A DNA stretch of 53,349 bases from Cyanobacteria bacterium J06626_4 (GTDB lineage: Bacteria; Cyanobacteriota; Cyanobacteriia; Phormidesmidales; Phormidesmidaceae). How positions within the stretch are numbered: position 1 is the first letter of the stretch; every line of letters begins with the position of its first letter. Position numbers and translations under genes: made by a program. Location: the NCBI GenBank assembly GCA_038523235.1, contig JBCBJQ010000029.1, forward strand, positions 1 through 53,349. The letters are read 5' to 3'. Shown here one piece after another: positions 1-12,548 of the stretch. The notes beneath the pieces are model-generated. The model was not told the DNA's origin, ran no database searches, and worked only from the letters and a program-made list of their open reading frames with translations.

Positions 1-102
1 AATTCTCTTTAGACTACTACACTCTAGAACCTTATATATGGTCTCTTCTGAGTGAGGGCAAAATGACAGGAAATTCATCGTGTACTTTGGTCTAGAAGTC
101 AT
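1..102 (-). CDS. Possible 5' end of an unknown gene running off the left edge (MTSRPKYTMNFLSFCPHSEETIYKVLECSSLKRI...)
   Basis: ATG at 102-100 with GAGGAG a few nt upstream on the minus strand; frame stays open to position 1; no recognisable motif. Confidence 0.25.
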   Translation of the reverse strand, partial: MTSRPKYTMNFLSFCPHSEETIYKVLECSSLKRI

Positions 103-243
103 CCTTTACTCCTCTTTTTCTAAACAATTCAGTTTTCTAAGTCGACTAGATATATCCAAATATTTCTTTATAAAGGTGGGCCTAGAACTCCATTTTCAAA
201 TTGTCTTACCGTAATATTGATCTAATTATTTCTAAACAAGGCA

Positions 244-275
244 GTAGGTTGGGTAGAACGCAGTGAAATCCAACA
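244..275 (+). repeat. GTAG-family REP palindrome
   Basis: GTAG followed by imperfect hairpin GTTGGGT..ATCCAAC (gtaggttgggtagaacgcagtgaaatccaaca), about 20 bp from the RAYT stop codon. Confidence 0.75.
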
Positions 276-294
276 TTTCTAATGCAAATCTCCA

Positions 295-630
295 TTATTC
301 CCATGCCTTAATCAACTCAATCTCCTCGCTTTTCCCCAAATCGCGAGAATAAAAATCTTGCCCAACCAAGCGATGAAAACTGGAATACGGCCATTCAATC
401 GGAGCCTTCACCAAGCCATGGCTGACCGGATTGATGTGGATGTAATCAACATGACGGACGAAGTCTTTCTCATCACGAATCTGATGTTCCAAAAAGCGTC
501 GTTGCCACACTGCTTGCTCTTACTTATGGCGGCGAGACAATGATCGGGCTCGCTGATATGGCTCAGGGCAAGAGCGAGTGAAATGCGATTTGATTAATCG
601 CCAACGGGTGGAAAAGTCGGCGTCTTTGGC
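295..630 (-). pseudogene. REP-associated tyrosine transposase (RAYT/TnpA-REP, IS200-like Y1), 5'-truncated with a nonsense codon
   Basis: Frame reads DADFSTRWRLIKSHFTR...[42 protein letters not shown]...WPYSSF, typical RAYT C-terminal motifs; in-frame TAA at 522-520; N-terminal HUH half missing. Confidence 0.85.
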
Positions 631-697
631 AGATCAACCGTCCACGTAGGTCAGGCAAGCCACAATTAGGCAAACACGAGTGAGATTGAACGGTGAG

Positions 698-728
698 TGT
701 TGGGTTTGCTGGCGGCAACCAAACCTCT
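698..728 (-). repeat. Degenerate REP palindrome, inverted relative to the copy at 244
   Basis: Minus strand reads agaggtttggttgccgccagcaaacccaaca, resembling the first REP (GGTTGGGT...CCAACA). Confidence 0.5.
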
Positions 729-810
729 GGCGATGGGTGATCGCACTGAACTATGCCATTTAGTACTCTGGACACTAAGTTTCTGGCCGTATTGCTGCGA
801 TGGTAGCTTG

Positions 811-898
811 CCCCCCGCTGTCGCCGCCCCCTTGAAAAAGGGGCTATTCAATACCTGGATTGGGCTGCCACCTTTTTCAAGGGGGGGGTGGGGGGATC
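811..898. repeat. Cyanobacterial C/G-tract palindromic dispersed repeat
   Basis: Perfect 15-bp inverted repeat cccccttgaaaaagg (827-841) / cctttttcaaggggg (871-885), with outer C- and G-tracts ending GGGGGATC. Confidence 0.65.
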
Positions 899-989
899 AA
901 GCCTCTGTCACTAACGGTCAAAAACTTAATTTACGCTGTATTTAGTAGCAAGCTAATTTGTGATGAGGGCAAACTACCCATGGATTGAG

Positions 990-2243
990 TCAACAACGCC
1001 CACATCGTCCTCTTCGAATCTGCAGATTGCCCTGCTCGTAAAGAGCCTCTAGGGGACTGAGATCCAAATCCGGGTCATTCGGGATCTCCAAATATTCGAG
1101 ATTTGTGAGCCCAGACAACGGTGACAGATCAGTGATGGGGTTGCCGTCAATGGCCAAGAACCGCAACTGATTAAGATTCGCGAGAGCACTCAGGTCGCTG
1201 ATGTCGTTATCAGTCAAGTTGATGCCCTCTAATTCAGTCAAGTTTGCCAGTGGGGTAATGTCAGTGATTTGATTTTCAGATGCATCAAGCTTCTGGAGGT
1301 TAATCAAGGTCTGCAGTGGACTGAGATCGCTAATCTGATTTCCATTTAGACTTATCTCTGTCAGATCTCTGAGTTCAGATAAGGGCGAAAGGTCTCTGAC
1401 CTGGCTATGAGCAACCCGCAGGTCACGCAGTTGAGTGAGTTCCTGAAAGGGAGACAAATCGCTCACTTCGCTTTGTGAGATGCCGAACTCAGTTAAAGCA
1501 GATAAATCGCGAAGCGGCGGCAACTCGCGAATCGGATTTGGGCCTAAACGCAAAACTCTTAGACGATGCAAGGCAGTGATTGGGCTCAGGTCTCTGATGT
1601 CATTCTCCGAGTAAATCCTCAGTTCCTCTAAATTCCTCAGCTCTGCGAGGGGTTCTAGCTCACTAATGGCTCCATTCGGTGTACTGATCTGAAGCTGTTT
1701 TAAGCTGCCAAGCGAGGTAAGAGGCGATAAATCCTGAAGGCTAGGATCACGACTAGATACGTTATGTCTAATTGTCAAATCATCTAGATTTTCTAAGGCT
1801 GAAAACGGTGTCAGGTCATAGATTCTTCCTGATACTTCCAGTCTTTCTAGTGCGGGCAGGTTGTTAAGAGGGGCAAAATCAACAACTGTTGAAGATTGAA
1901 CCCATAATGTGACCTTGATATCAGTCACCGCCGTTAGAGAAGCGAATGGCCGAAAGTCACCTTGAACAGAAGGTCCTCTATTTCTCAACCGAGTCTGAGT
2001 CGTCAGCGTCTGGTTGGCCTCGTAGCAATCATTTGTGTCCGCATTAGCTAGGAGATATTGCACACTGTATTGAGTCGCTTCTGGTAGCTCATCGTATTGC
2101 AGGCACCAGTCCAAGAACGTCTGGTTTTCTACCAAACTGTTGTCATCCACAATTTGTGCGTCAACAGTATTCAAGAAAGTCAGGATGCTTGCAGAAGCGA
2201 TTGCAAGCGCTATCCAGAACGTTCGCTTAGGTAAAAGGTTCAT
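990..2243 (-). CDS. Secreted internalin-like leucine-rich repeat protein
   Basis: N-terminal signal peptide, two-Cys N-cap (FLDWC...DCYEA), about a dozen ~22-aa repeats LxxLxLxxNxIxDLSPLxxL. Confidence 0.9.
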   Translation of the reverse strand: MNLLPKRTFWIALAIASASILTFLNTVDAQIVDDNSLVENQTFLDWCLQYDELPEATQYSVQYLLANADTNDCYEANQTLTTQTRLRNRGPSVQGDFRPFASLTAVTDIKVTLWVQSSTVVDFAPLNNLPALERLEVSGRIYDLTPFSALENLDDLTIRHNVSSRDPSLQDLSPLTSLGSLKQLQISTPNGAISELEPLAELRNLEELRIYSENDIRDLSPITALHRLRVLRLGPNPIRELPPLRDLSALTEFGISQSEVSDLSPFQELTQLRDLRVAHSQVRDLSPLSELRDLTEISLNGNQISDLSPLQTLINLQKLDASENQITDITPLANLTELEGINLTDNDISDLSALANLNQLRFLAIDGNPITDLSPLSGLTNLEYLEIPNDPDLDLSPLEALYEQGNLQIRRGRCGRC

Positions 2244-2387
2244 ACTAGTCCTGAATGAACAAAGCTTGTTAACAGAAGCAATTAAGCTTTAGATGTCAGT
2301 TAAAGAATTAGGTTTTTGGATCTGCAACTTAAGGTGATTTCAGGTATTTGGGGCGACCTAATCAAACTTTGGCTTGTTTATCACAGT

Positions 2388-3431
2388 CTATTCGCTGGCT
2401 AGAGGCGCAATGGCAGCGTTCGCTGCCGCCGTCATTGCCGTTCGATCGTGAGGGGCTAACCAGGTCTGCGGATCGGGGCCGAGAGGAATAATGCCACCGG
2501 GGTTGAGCGGAAACAGATTGCCGTAATAATCGCGGCGAATAGTCTCTAAATCGCAGGTGTCAGCGACGCCCGGCTGCTGGTAAAGGTCGCGGGCATAAGG
2601 CCAAAGATACTGATAGTCGCAGAGGCGACGCCGATCGCACTTAAACAACCCGTGGTAAACCGCATCAAACCGAAACAGCGTGGTGAAGAGACGCACATCC
2701 GCCAGGGTGAGGCGATCGCCTGTCAGGTAACGCTGGTGCGCTAACTGCCGATCAATGTCAGCCAACGTGTCAAATAGCAGAGTACAGGCTTCTTCGTAGG
2801 CGGCTTGGGTGCGGGCAAAGCCACAGCGATAGACACCGTTGTTGATGGCAGGATAGGTGCGATCGTTCCAGGCTTCGATGGTGGCCTGTAGATCTGCTGG
2901 ATAGAGATCGAGGTCGGGGCGAGCGGCGAACGTATTGAAGGCTGAGTTGAGGATTTTGATCAGGTCAGCGCTTTCGTTATTCACCACCGTCTGCGTTTGG
3001 GTGTCCCACAGCAATGGCACGGTACTGCGTCCGCCATAGCCTGATTGCGCCATTTGGTAGAGTTCGGGAAGCGATCGCCACCCCAACCCCGGATGATCGA
3101 ATAGCCAAACCCCTTCGTTTGGCGAGGGCGAGACCCGCCAGAGGGGAATGGTCGCTTCGAGTCCCTTGAGTGCCCAAGTCACCAGAGTACGATGCGCCCA
3201 AGGACACCCCATACCAACAATCAGGCGATAGCGACCGGCAGCGGGTTCATAGGTACCGTTAGACTCAACCGTTTGCCGAAAGGCGCTGGCCGGCCGCGTA
3301 TAGGCTCCCGATTTATCCGTCGGCGCAAGGCGGGCCATCATCACCTGCCACATCGTCTGCCAAACCGTTTTACCTAGTCGTACGACGAGGCCTGGCGGCA
3401 GACTGGCTTTGATTTTGGGGACGTCAGCCAT
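2388..3431 (-). CDS. Glutathionyl-hydroquinone reductase / Xi-class GST (YqjG/ECM4 family)
   Basis: GRYRL..CPWAHR, TVPLLWD, VNNESAD, INNGVYRCGFA, LTLADVRLFTTLFRFD, NPGGIIPLGP. Confidence 0.92.
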   Translation of the reverse strand: MADVPKIKASLPPGLVVRLGKTVWQTMWQVMMARLAPTDKSGAYTRPASAFRQTVESNGTYEPAAGRYRLIVGMGCPWAHRTLVTWALKGLEATIPLWRVSPSPNEGVWLFDHPGLGWRSLPELYQMAQSGYGGRSTVPLLWDTQTQTVVNNESADLIKILNSAFNTFAARPDLDLYPADLQATIEAWNDRTYPAINNGVYRCGFARTQAAYEEACTLLFDTLADIDRQLAHQRYLTGDRLTLADVRLFTTLFRFDAVYHGLFKCDRRRLCDYQYLWPYARDLYQQPGVADTCDLETIRRDYYGNLFPLNPGGIIPLGPDPQTWLAPHDRTAMTAAANAAIAPLASE

Positions 3432-3496
3432 GGTGAGAATTATCCAGCAAGCTCGATCTAGAGACGCGGTCTCTGACTCAGTGCGTTCATCCTCAA

Positions 3497-4318
3497 CTAT
3501 AGGGGGGCATCGAGGTACACGATCATTTCATCCACAACGAGATCAAGGGCAGGCAGATAAGGATTGTCTGACGAGATCAGGCGATCGCCCGCCAGTGCTT
3601 GAAACGCTTCGGGCTGTTGCTGAAATGTGTCGACCTGGGCGGGCAACAGGCGCAACACAATTAGCCCATCATAGTCTGATAGATTAGAGCCTTCTAAAAC
3701 CACTGTGCCGCCATAATCCCAGCCGAAGCCATACAAGTCGAAATCACCCAAAACTGACTGCAGTTCAGCCAACGGCATGCCAACCCGTAGTCCTTCTGAG
3801 GTTTGCCAAGCGGGGCCAAAATCTCTGACGGTGACGGCCTGCGATCGGCTGTTGTCAGCCCAAACGATCGAAAACGCAGCCGGGGTGTCAGCATTCACTG
3901 TCGTCCCGGGCTCGGTAAAGCCCTCGCCAACATGCACCTCAGTATCTGATAAGACAGCATCACCATACAGCGTGGCCAAATCAGCTCGGCTGGTCACTTG
4001 GGTGACTGAGCCGACGCGCTCTCCCGGCATGATGGTCGTGTCTGTGGCGATCGCCTTGGCAGCGGACACTGGGGGGGCCGGATTGTCTGCTGGAGCCAGA
4101 GTGTCTGCTGGGGCCAGAGTATCTGAGGACGCTTGAGCGGGGGGAACCACCGTGGGATCAGGAGGGGAACTCGCCGTTGAATCGAGCGGCGCCGCTGGCT
4201 CCGCCACCGGGGGCGGGATGCTCTCTGACTCGGAGGGTGGGGGTGGGGTCGGGGTCGCACCACAAGCAGCCAGCCAAAACAGGGAACTGCCCCAGAGCAA
4301 TCTGTGCCAGAAAGCCAT
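3497..4318 (-). CDS. Hypothetical lipoprotein with Pro/Ala-rich linker
   Basis: Lipobox WLAAC, low-complexity linker, globular C-terminal domain (GFGWDYGG). Confidence 0.75.
   Translation of the reverse strand: MAFWHRLLWGSSLFWLAACGATPTPPPPSESESIPPPVAEPAAPLDSTASSPPDPTVVPPAQASSDTLAPADTLAPADNPAPPVSAAKAIATDTTIMPGERVGSVTQVTSRADLATLYGDAVLSDTEVHVGEGFTEPGTTVNADTPAAFSIVWADNSRSQAVTVRDFGPAWQTSEGLRVGMPLAELQSVLGDFDLYGFGWDYGGTVVLEGSNLSDYDGLIVLRLLPAQVDTFQQQPEAFQALAGDRLISSDNPYLPALDLVVDEMIVYLDAPL
4084..4125. repeat. In-frame 18-bp tandem repeat (ADTLAP units)
   Basis: tgtctgctggagccagag / tgtctgctggggccagag / tatctg. Confidence 0.8.
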
Positions 4319-4722
4319 GACGGTATCCTCGAAAAATGAAAATGGACAGAATTAAAGTGGACGGAGCGATCGCGCCCCCCTCAAAGGACAGCGGCTCGAG
4401 AGCACCAGCTGATGCTGTTAAGATACCCGCCGACCCAACACAATTACGGCAAATGTTTGCTTGTGGCCAGACCGTCCTCATGGTGTCCCTGATGACCTGA
4501 TCATAGCGAGCTGGCGTTTAGCTACAGGTCAGCACCATCGGGTGGCGTCCTGTTACGGCGACTGAATGGGGGGGATCAAATCAGTTTCCTGCGACTGCAG
4601 TCACTCCTGACGGCACTGCAGCCATGCGACCACGAGTCAAAAAATCTTACTCAACATTAAGCAACGGCAGGATGCCGAGGTTTTCGCCGCACAATGGAGG
4701 GTGTTAAATCACCGAGAACTGA

Positions 4723-5076
4723 ATGACCACCCAAACCCCGGCTCAAATTACGCTGAACCTGATGCAGGGTTCGGTGCGGTTCAACTTTTCTCCTCAGTCG
4801 GCCCGAGATCTGAGGACGGCTCTGGGTAACTTGGTGAGCCAGCTCAAGGCAATCGCCGCACAACCGCCCAGTACGGGTAAACGGACGCCTGAACCCACTA
4901 TGGAATATCAGCATACGGGGGACGTGTTTGTCGAAGTATTTTGCAACCCTAATATCTGGCCGAGTCCCTTTGCGGCAAAGCTGCTCGTCACCGTGCGCGA
5001 TGACCGGATGCGCCTAACGACCGAGGCCGAACTCACTCGCATGATCGAAGATCTCAACCAGTATTTAGAGAGCTAA
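4723..5076 (+). CDS. Conserved cyanobacterial hypothetical protein
   Basis: Clean 117-aa ORF; the segment MEYQHTGDVFVEVFCNPNIWPSPFAAK resembles a cyanobacterial conserved family. Confidence 0.75.
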   Translation: MTTQTPAQITLNLMQGSVRFNFSPQSARDLRTALGNLVSQLKAIAAQPPSTGKRTPEPTMEYQHTGDVFVEVFCNPNIWPSPFAAKLLVTVRDDRMRLTTEAELTRMIEDLNQYLES

Positions 5077-5840
5077 ACAACTCACACCTCGGAAGGGACT
5101 CAATGACCTGGAAAGCTCAAACCTGATCACCGGTTGGCTGGGCAAGAGCGCTGCGGCGATCGCAGGCCTCAATTTTCGAGCGGCTCAGTGTTTCAGGCCT
5201 ACCAACGAGCAGCTCTATCGGTAGATTTGGGAAGACGCGCTGGCGCTGCATGGGAAGCGCGTATCAATTGCAGGCAGGGTTCAACTTACCTTGCCCTGAG
5301 GGAAAACATTGCTCTCGAAGATGGAAAGATCGATCTAAAATACGGTTGACCAATACGGCTTGATATCGTCGTATTGCAATTAGGGCAAACGCCAGATTCA
5401 ATAAACTGCACCTGATTGGGAAGGTTCAGTTTCCGTTCCCAATAAAAAAGCCTTATTGACAAAAACTGACAACGATAGAATTAGGCTTCTAGCACAAGCT
5501 TTCCGATGGATTGCTCAATTCATACGTTGGAGTCATTTTTCTTGCGCTTACCCTGACTTCGCAGTAATTAAACTGACGAACCCCAATCGCCATCGATATA
5601 GGATACGAGTGGGCTCAAACTTAATTTTTCTAAGAAAACGTCTAGACATCCCTTTTTGTCAACTAGAGCGAATGTATCGTTACGCCGCTTCTATTTTATG
5701 CCTGGGAGGCTAAGGGGATAAAAATTGATTAGGCGTATTAATTCTATTGATGAAAAATATCTGTCTTAAGACATATGCCTCTAGCCAGTTGACTAACTAA
5801 GCTTGATAAACCAACCTTGTGCAATAGGTCGTTCCCTAAT

Positions 5841-6152
5841 ATGTATTCAACAGTGGAAATCCCTGCCGATAAAGCGTTTCATGCGCTTTCCGATCCTTTG
5901 AGGCTACAGATTATCGAGAGTCTGCGCCAGCGCGAATTTTGCGTGGCCGATCTCTGTGACCATTTGGATGTCAGTCAATCAAAGTTATCTTTTCATCTGC
6001 GGGTCTTAAAAGAGGCGGCGATCGTGCGATCGCGCCCCCAAGGCCGCTGGACTTATTACAGTTTGAACCTGCCGCAAATTGTGACGCTAGAACAGCATCT
6101 GGCCGACTTCCGCTATCTCACTCGCCTGGCCAAAGCGTCTGCCAATTTCTAG
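5841..6152 (+). CDS. ArsR/SmtB family transcriptional regulator
   Basis: FHALSDPLRLQII..L...EFCVADL...SQSKLSFHLRVLKEA...RWTYYSLN winged HTH; ATG 5841 preferred over the upstream TTG. Confidence 0.92.
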   Translation: MYSTVEIPADKAFHALSDPLRLQIIESLRQREFCVADLCDHLDVSQSKLSFHLRVLKEAAIVRSRPQGRWTYYSLNLPQIVTLEQHLADFRYLTRLAKASANF

Positions 6153-6190
6153 CATCACTGACCGCGAGATCACAGGCGATCGCTGTCACC

Positions 6191-7165
6191 CTAAGCCTTG
6201 GGTGAGATCGCCTGTGATGGGTCAGAAAGTGGATGCAGCGGCACTTGGAACGCCAGTAACTCATCGACATCGACCGCCGCCGCTGGCTTAGCCCAGCCGG
6301 TAGGATCTTTGAGAATGACGAAAATCAGCTGACGTTGAGTGGAGAATCGCTTAGCGAGCCAGTCGTCTAACTTGAGCAGCGTTTTCAAGGCCCCTTCATT
6401 CATAACTTTGTCGGCAAAGGTGATGGCAGGATTCAAAGCCTTAAGCAACAGCTGCTCGTATTGCCCCCGAAATTCCAAGCTGATGGGGCGTCCTTCGACC
6501 AGTCGATAGGGCAGCCTCAAGATGCTGCTATAGAGTCCCCAAGCTTGCACGGCAGAGGCAGAGGGGATTAAATCGCGAAAGCTGTCTAGCGTAAAAGCGT
6601 GAACATGGGCATGGGGAATCTGGCGGCGAATGTTATCGGCGACTAGCTGTGGCGGGTCTTGCGGCACCGTAATGACGACGGCCCGGCGAGCCACGCGCAG
6701 CAATTCTCGAAAGACCTCCTCATAATTGGGAATGTGCTCTAACGTTTCGCTGCTGAGCACCACGTCAAAAGCTTCATCGGCATAGGGCAGCTGGACGGCA
6801 TCGACCGGGTCAGCGGGCACCTGAAAAATCTCTCTAGCGCGGGCACAGGCTTCCTCCGATAAATCAGTGCCCTGCACCTGAGCGTTAAAAAACTGGCGAA
6901 TGACGGCGATCATGTAGCCTTCGGCGCACCCGACATCGAGCAGCGTGTCAAATCGCAAATGGCTAAGCGCCTTGAGGACGTTGTACATAATGACGTATCG
7001 CAGCGCAATGCCTGGTTCAGCATAGGGCGACTTAAAGCCATAGATGTTCTGATGGGCATAAAAATAGCCGTCACTGGTGGTCGCGCGAAACCGCTCGTTC
7101 AACCACTGCTTGACTTCGCTGGTGTACTGATCCACCCCGTCTCTCTCCACGATTGATGCGACCAC
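6191..7165 (-). CDS. Class I SAM-dependent methyltransferase
   Basis: LLDVGCAEG motif I, LPYADEAFDVVLSSETLEHI. Confidence 0.85.
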   Translation of the reverse strand: MVASIVERDGVDQYTSEVKQWLNERFRATTSDGYFYAHQNIYGFKSPYAEPGIALRYVIMYNVLKALSHLRFDTLLDVGCAEGYMIAVIRQFFNAQVQGTDLSEEACARAREIFQVPADPVDAVQLPYADEAFDVVLSSETLEHIPNYEEVFRELLRVARRAVVITVPQDPPQLVADNIRRQIPHAHVHAFTLDSFRDLIPSASAVQAWGLYSSILRLPYRLVEGRPISLEFRGQYEQLLLKALNPAITFADKVMNEGALKTLLKLDDWLAKRFSTQRQLIFVILKDPTGWAKPAAAVDVDELLAFQVPLHPLSDPSQAISPKA

Positions 7166-7392
7166 TCAGTTGATCCGACAGCGGCCAAGCTGCTAACCGG
7201 TCACTGGGCGATCGCCCTAAAATCTCTGCCAGCATATCAAGGAAACTCTGCCGCCGGGCAGTGACTGGTCAGTACGATGGCCCGACCAAAGCCTTCAGTC
7301 TCTCGGATAGTTTGCCTTGCTTGCCCCCAGCCCCCTGCATCTGTCGTTTTAGGAGGTCAGATCGCTGGGCTGTGGAATGCCGCGGCGTCGAT

Positions 7393-10768
<3,376 letters not shown>

Positions 10769-10898
10769 AGGGGAAAAAGACTGAGGTGGGCAAGCCGCGC
10801 GATGCGTTTCATGACTGTTTTGAGAAAATTGTCACCCTGCTTCTAGGGGATGGCAGGTGCTGTCAACATGCCATCGGATGTTCAGGGACGGTATCAGT

Positions 10899-12542
10899 CT
10901 AAAACGGGACGGGGCAGTTGAAGTCCATCGACTGTCCCGTCGTGGGATGGACAAATTTGATCGATCTGGCGTGGAGCTGTAGCCGCTCTGATTGTGCTTT
11001 CGCGCCGTATAGCGTGTCGCCGACAATGGGTGCGTTGAGTCCCTGCGGGTGGGCCGCATGAACTCGCAGCTGATGGGTGCGGCCACTGTGGGGCACCAAG
11101 CAGAGTCGGGGTCTAGCGCCGGGCGTCAGCACTCGAAATTCGGTAAGGCTGGGCTTGCCTCGTTGAAACTCTACACAAGTCTTGGGGCGATCGCTCGGAT
11201 CACGCCACAGCGGCAACTCAATCATCCCCTGTGACTGGCAAATCGGTTGACTGAGAATGGCCTCGTAGACCTTTTTGACCTGACGCTGAGCAAACTGATC
11301 GCTGAGGTGGCGATGGGCGGCAGCAGTTTTGGTCAGCAACAGCAAGCCAGAGGTGCCTTTATCGAGTCGGTGGGGCGCAGTGAGTGACAAATCTGACCGG
11401 CAGCGGAACCGACTGAGCACACTATCTTGCTGATCGCCAGTGCGTCCTGGCACGGCCAGCAGCCCTGATGGCTTGTTGACCACCAACAGCGCGTCATCCT
11501 CATACAGTTGAGCGATCGCGACGTCCGCTAGCCGGTCTGGAGTAGGGGACGCGTCTAAACCCGATAGCAAAAAGCCCATAATCGGCTGACAGCGATCGCG
11601 GCAGGGGCCGTAAAACTGGCCCGCTTGCTTATCACCGCTGTCGGCTCCCCACCAAAACTCGGCCAGAGCCAAGGGTTTGAGCTGATGGCTGGCGGCATAG
11701 TGCAAGAGCTTAGGGGCAGCACAGTCGCCGGTGCCCGTGGGCAGTCCCGTCGGCCAGAGACGGCTCAGGCTGCGGGTGGTGCCCGCAAAGTTGGTTAGCG
11801 AATAGGCCGCGTGCATTTGCGCCTGTAGCTGTTGTGACAGGGCTTTACGCGCCTGTTTCAGCGTGCGGATACGGGCATCGGCTTGAGCGATCGCAGCCCG
11901 CAGCGGTTGCAATTCGGCCTCGCGATCGCGCTTCAATCGACGGCGTTCACCGCCCTCCTGCTGACTTTGTTTGACCAGCTCGGCTAAGGCTAGGGCAGTG
12001 GCCTCTGGAGACAGCGTAGTGTTAGCGGTCATGGCTTGGCGCTGGCGATCGCGGGCCTGTTTGCGCTGGCGATGGTAATTGGACAATGCTTGGAGCCGTT
12101 CAGCGTAGCACTGGGCCAAAGCTTCCAACTCAGTCCGCTGGGACAGGTGCTGCAGTGTCAGGATCTCCGTCTTCAGCGCCTCTAGGCGACGCAACGTCAG
12201 CTTTTCGGACAGCGATACCTGGGTTCGTCCTGGCATTGGCGGAACCCAACCGGCTCGCTCGCTGCTGCCCCCAAGCAGTCCTGAAAAGGCCTTCAGGACT
12301 GCCAACTCTCCGGTCGGGGTGGTAACCAGCAAAACACCGTACATTTTGCCCTCTGGTGACGGGGGAGCCGCCGCAAACTGCTGCATCAGCCCTCGAGCGA
12401 TCGCCTCCACAAATTCGGTGCGGGGCAGTCGCAACAGCACCTGCGTTTGCGGACAGGCCCCTTCATACCAGTCGGTAACGGGAGAGTGCGGGGGCAGGCG
12501 ATCGCTGAGGCCAAAGTCGGCGAGGGGGTGCAGCAGACTCAT
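10899..12542 (-). CDS. RluA-family pseudouridine synthase, long form with N-terminal extension
   Basis: VNKPSGLL, HRLDKGTSG (catalytic Asp), GRTHQLRVH, PIVGDTLYG; about 330 extra N-terminal residues including a coiled coil. Confidence 0.92.
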   Translation of the reverse strand: MSLLHPLADFGLSDRLPPHSPVTDWYEGACPQTQVLLRLPRTEFVEAIARGLMQQFAAAPPSPEGKMYGVLLVTTPTGELAVLKAFSGLLGGSSERAGWVPPMPGRTQVSLSEKLTLRRLEALKTEILTLQHLSQRTELEALAQCYAERLQALSNYHRQRKQARDRQRQAMTANTTLSPEATALALAELVKQSQQEGGERRRLKRDREAELQPLRAAIAQADARIRTLKQARKALSQQLQAQMHAAYSLTNFAGTTRSLSRLWPTGLPTGTGDCAAPKLLHYAASHQLKPLALAEFWWGADSGDKQAGQFYGPCRDRCQPIMGFLLSGLDASPTPDRLADVAIAQLYEDDALLVVNKPSGLLAVPGRTGDQQDSVLSRFRCRSDLSLTAPHRLDKGTSGLLLLTKTAAAHRHLSDQFAQRQVKKVYEAILSQPICQSQGMIELPLWRDPSDRPKTCVEFQRGKPSLTEFRVLTPGARPRLCLVPHSGRTHQLRVHAAHPQGLNAPIVGDTLYGAKAQSERLQLHARSIKFVHPTTGQSMDFNCPVPF

Positions 12543-12548
12543 GGTGCA

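Noticed and set aside
4481..4542. CTGATGA plus a hairpin, suggesting a hammerhead ribozyme
   Set aside because: The stem is not followed by the required GAAA core
5382..5420. GGGCAAAC resembling the start of a c-di-GMP-I riboswitch (also at about 967)
   Set aside because: No GAAA-capped stem or GACGCAAAG-like downstream element
5285..5462. Short minus-strand frame containing CPNC
   Set aside because: Only one CxxC, no convincing ATG or RBS, no recognisable family
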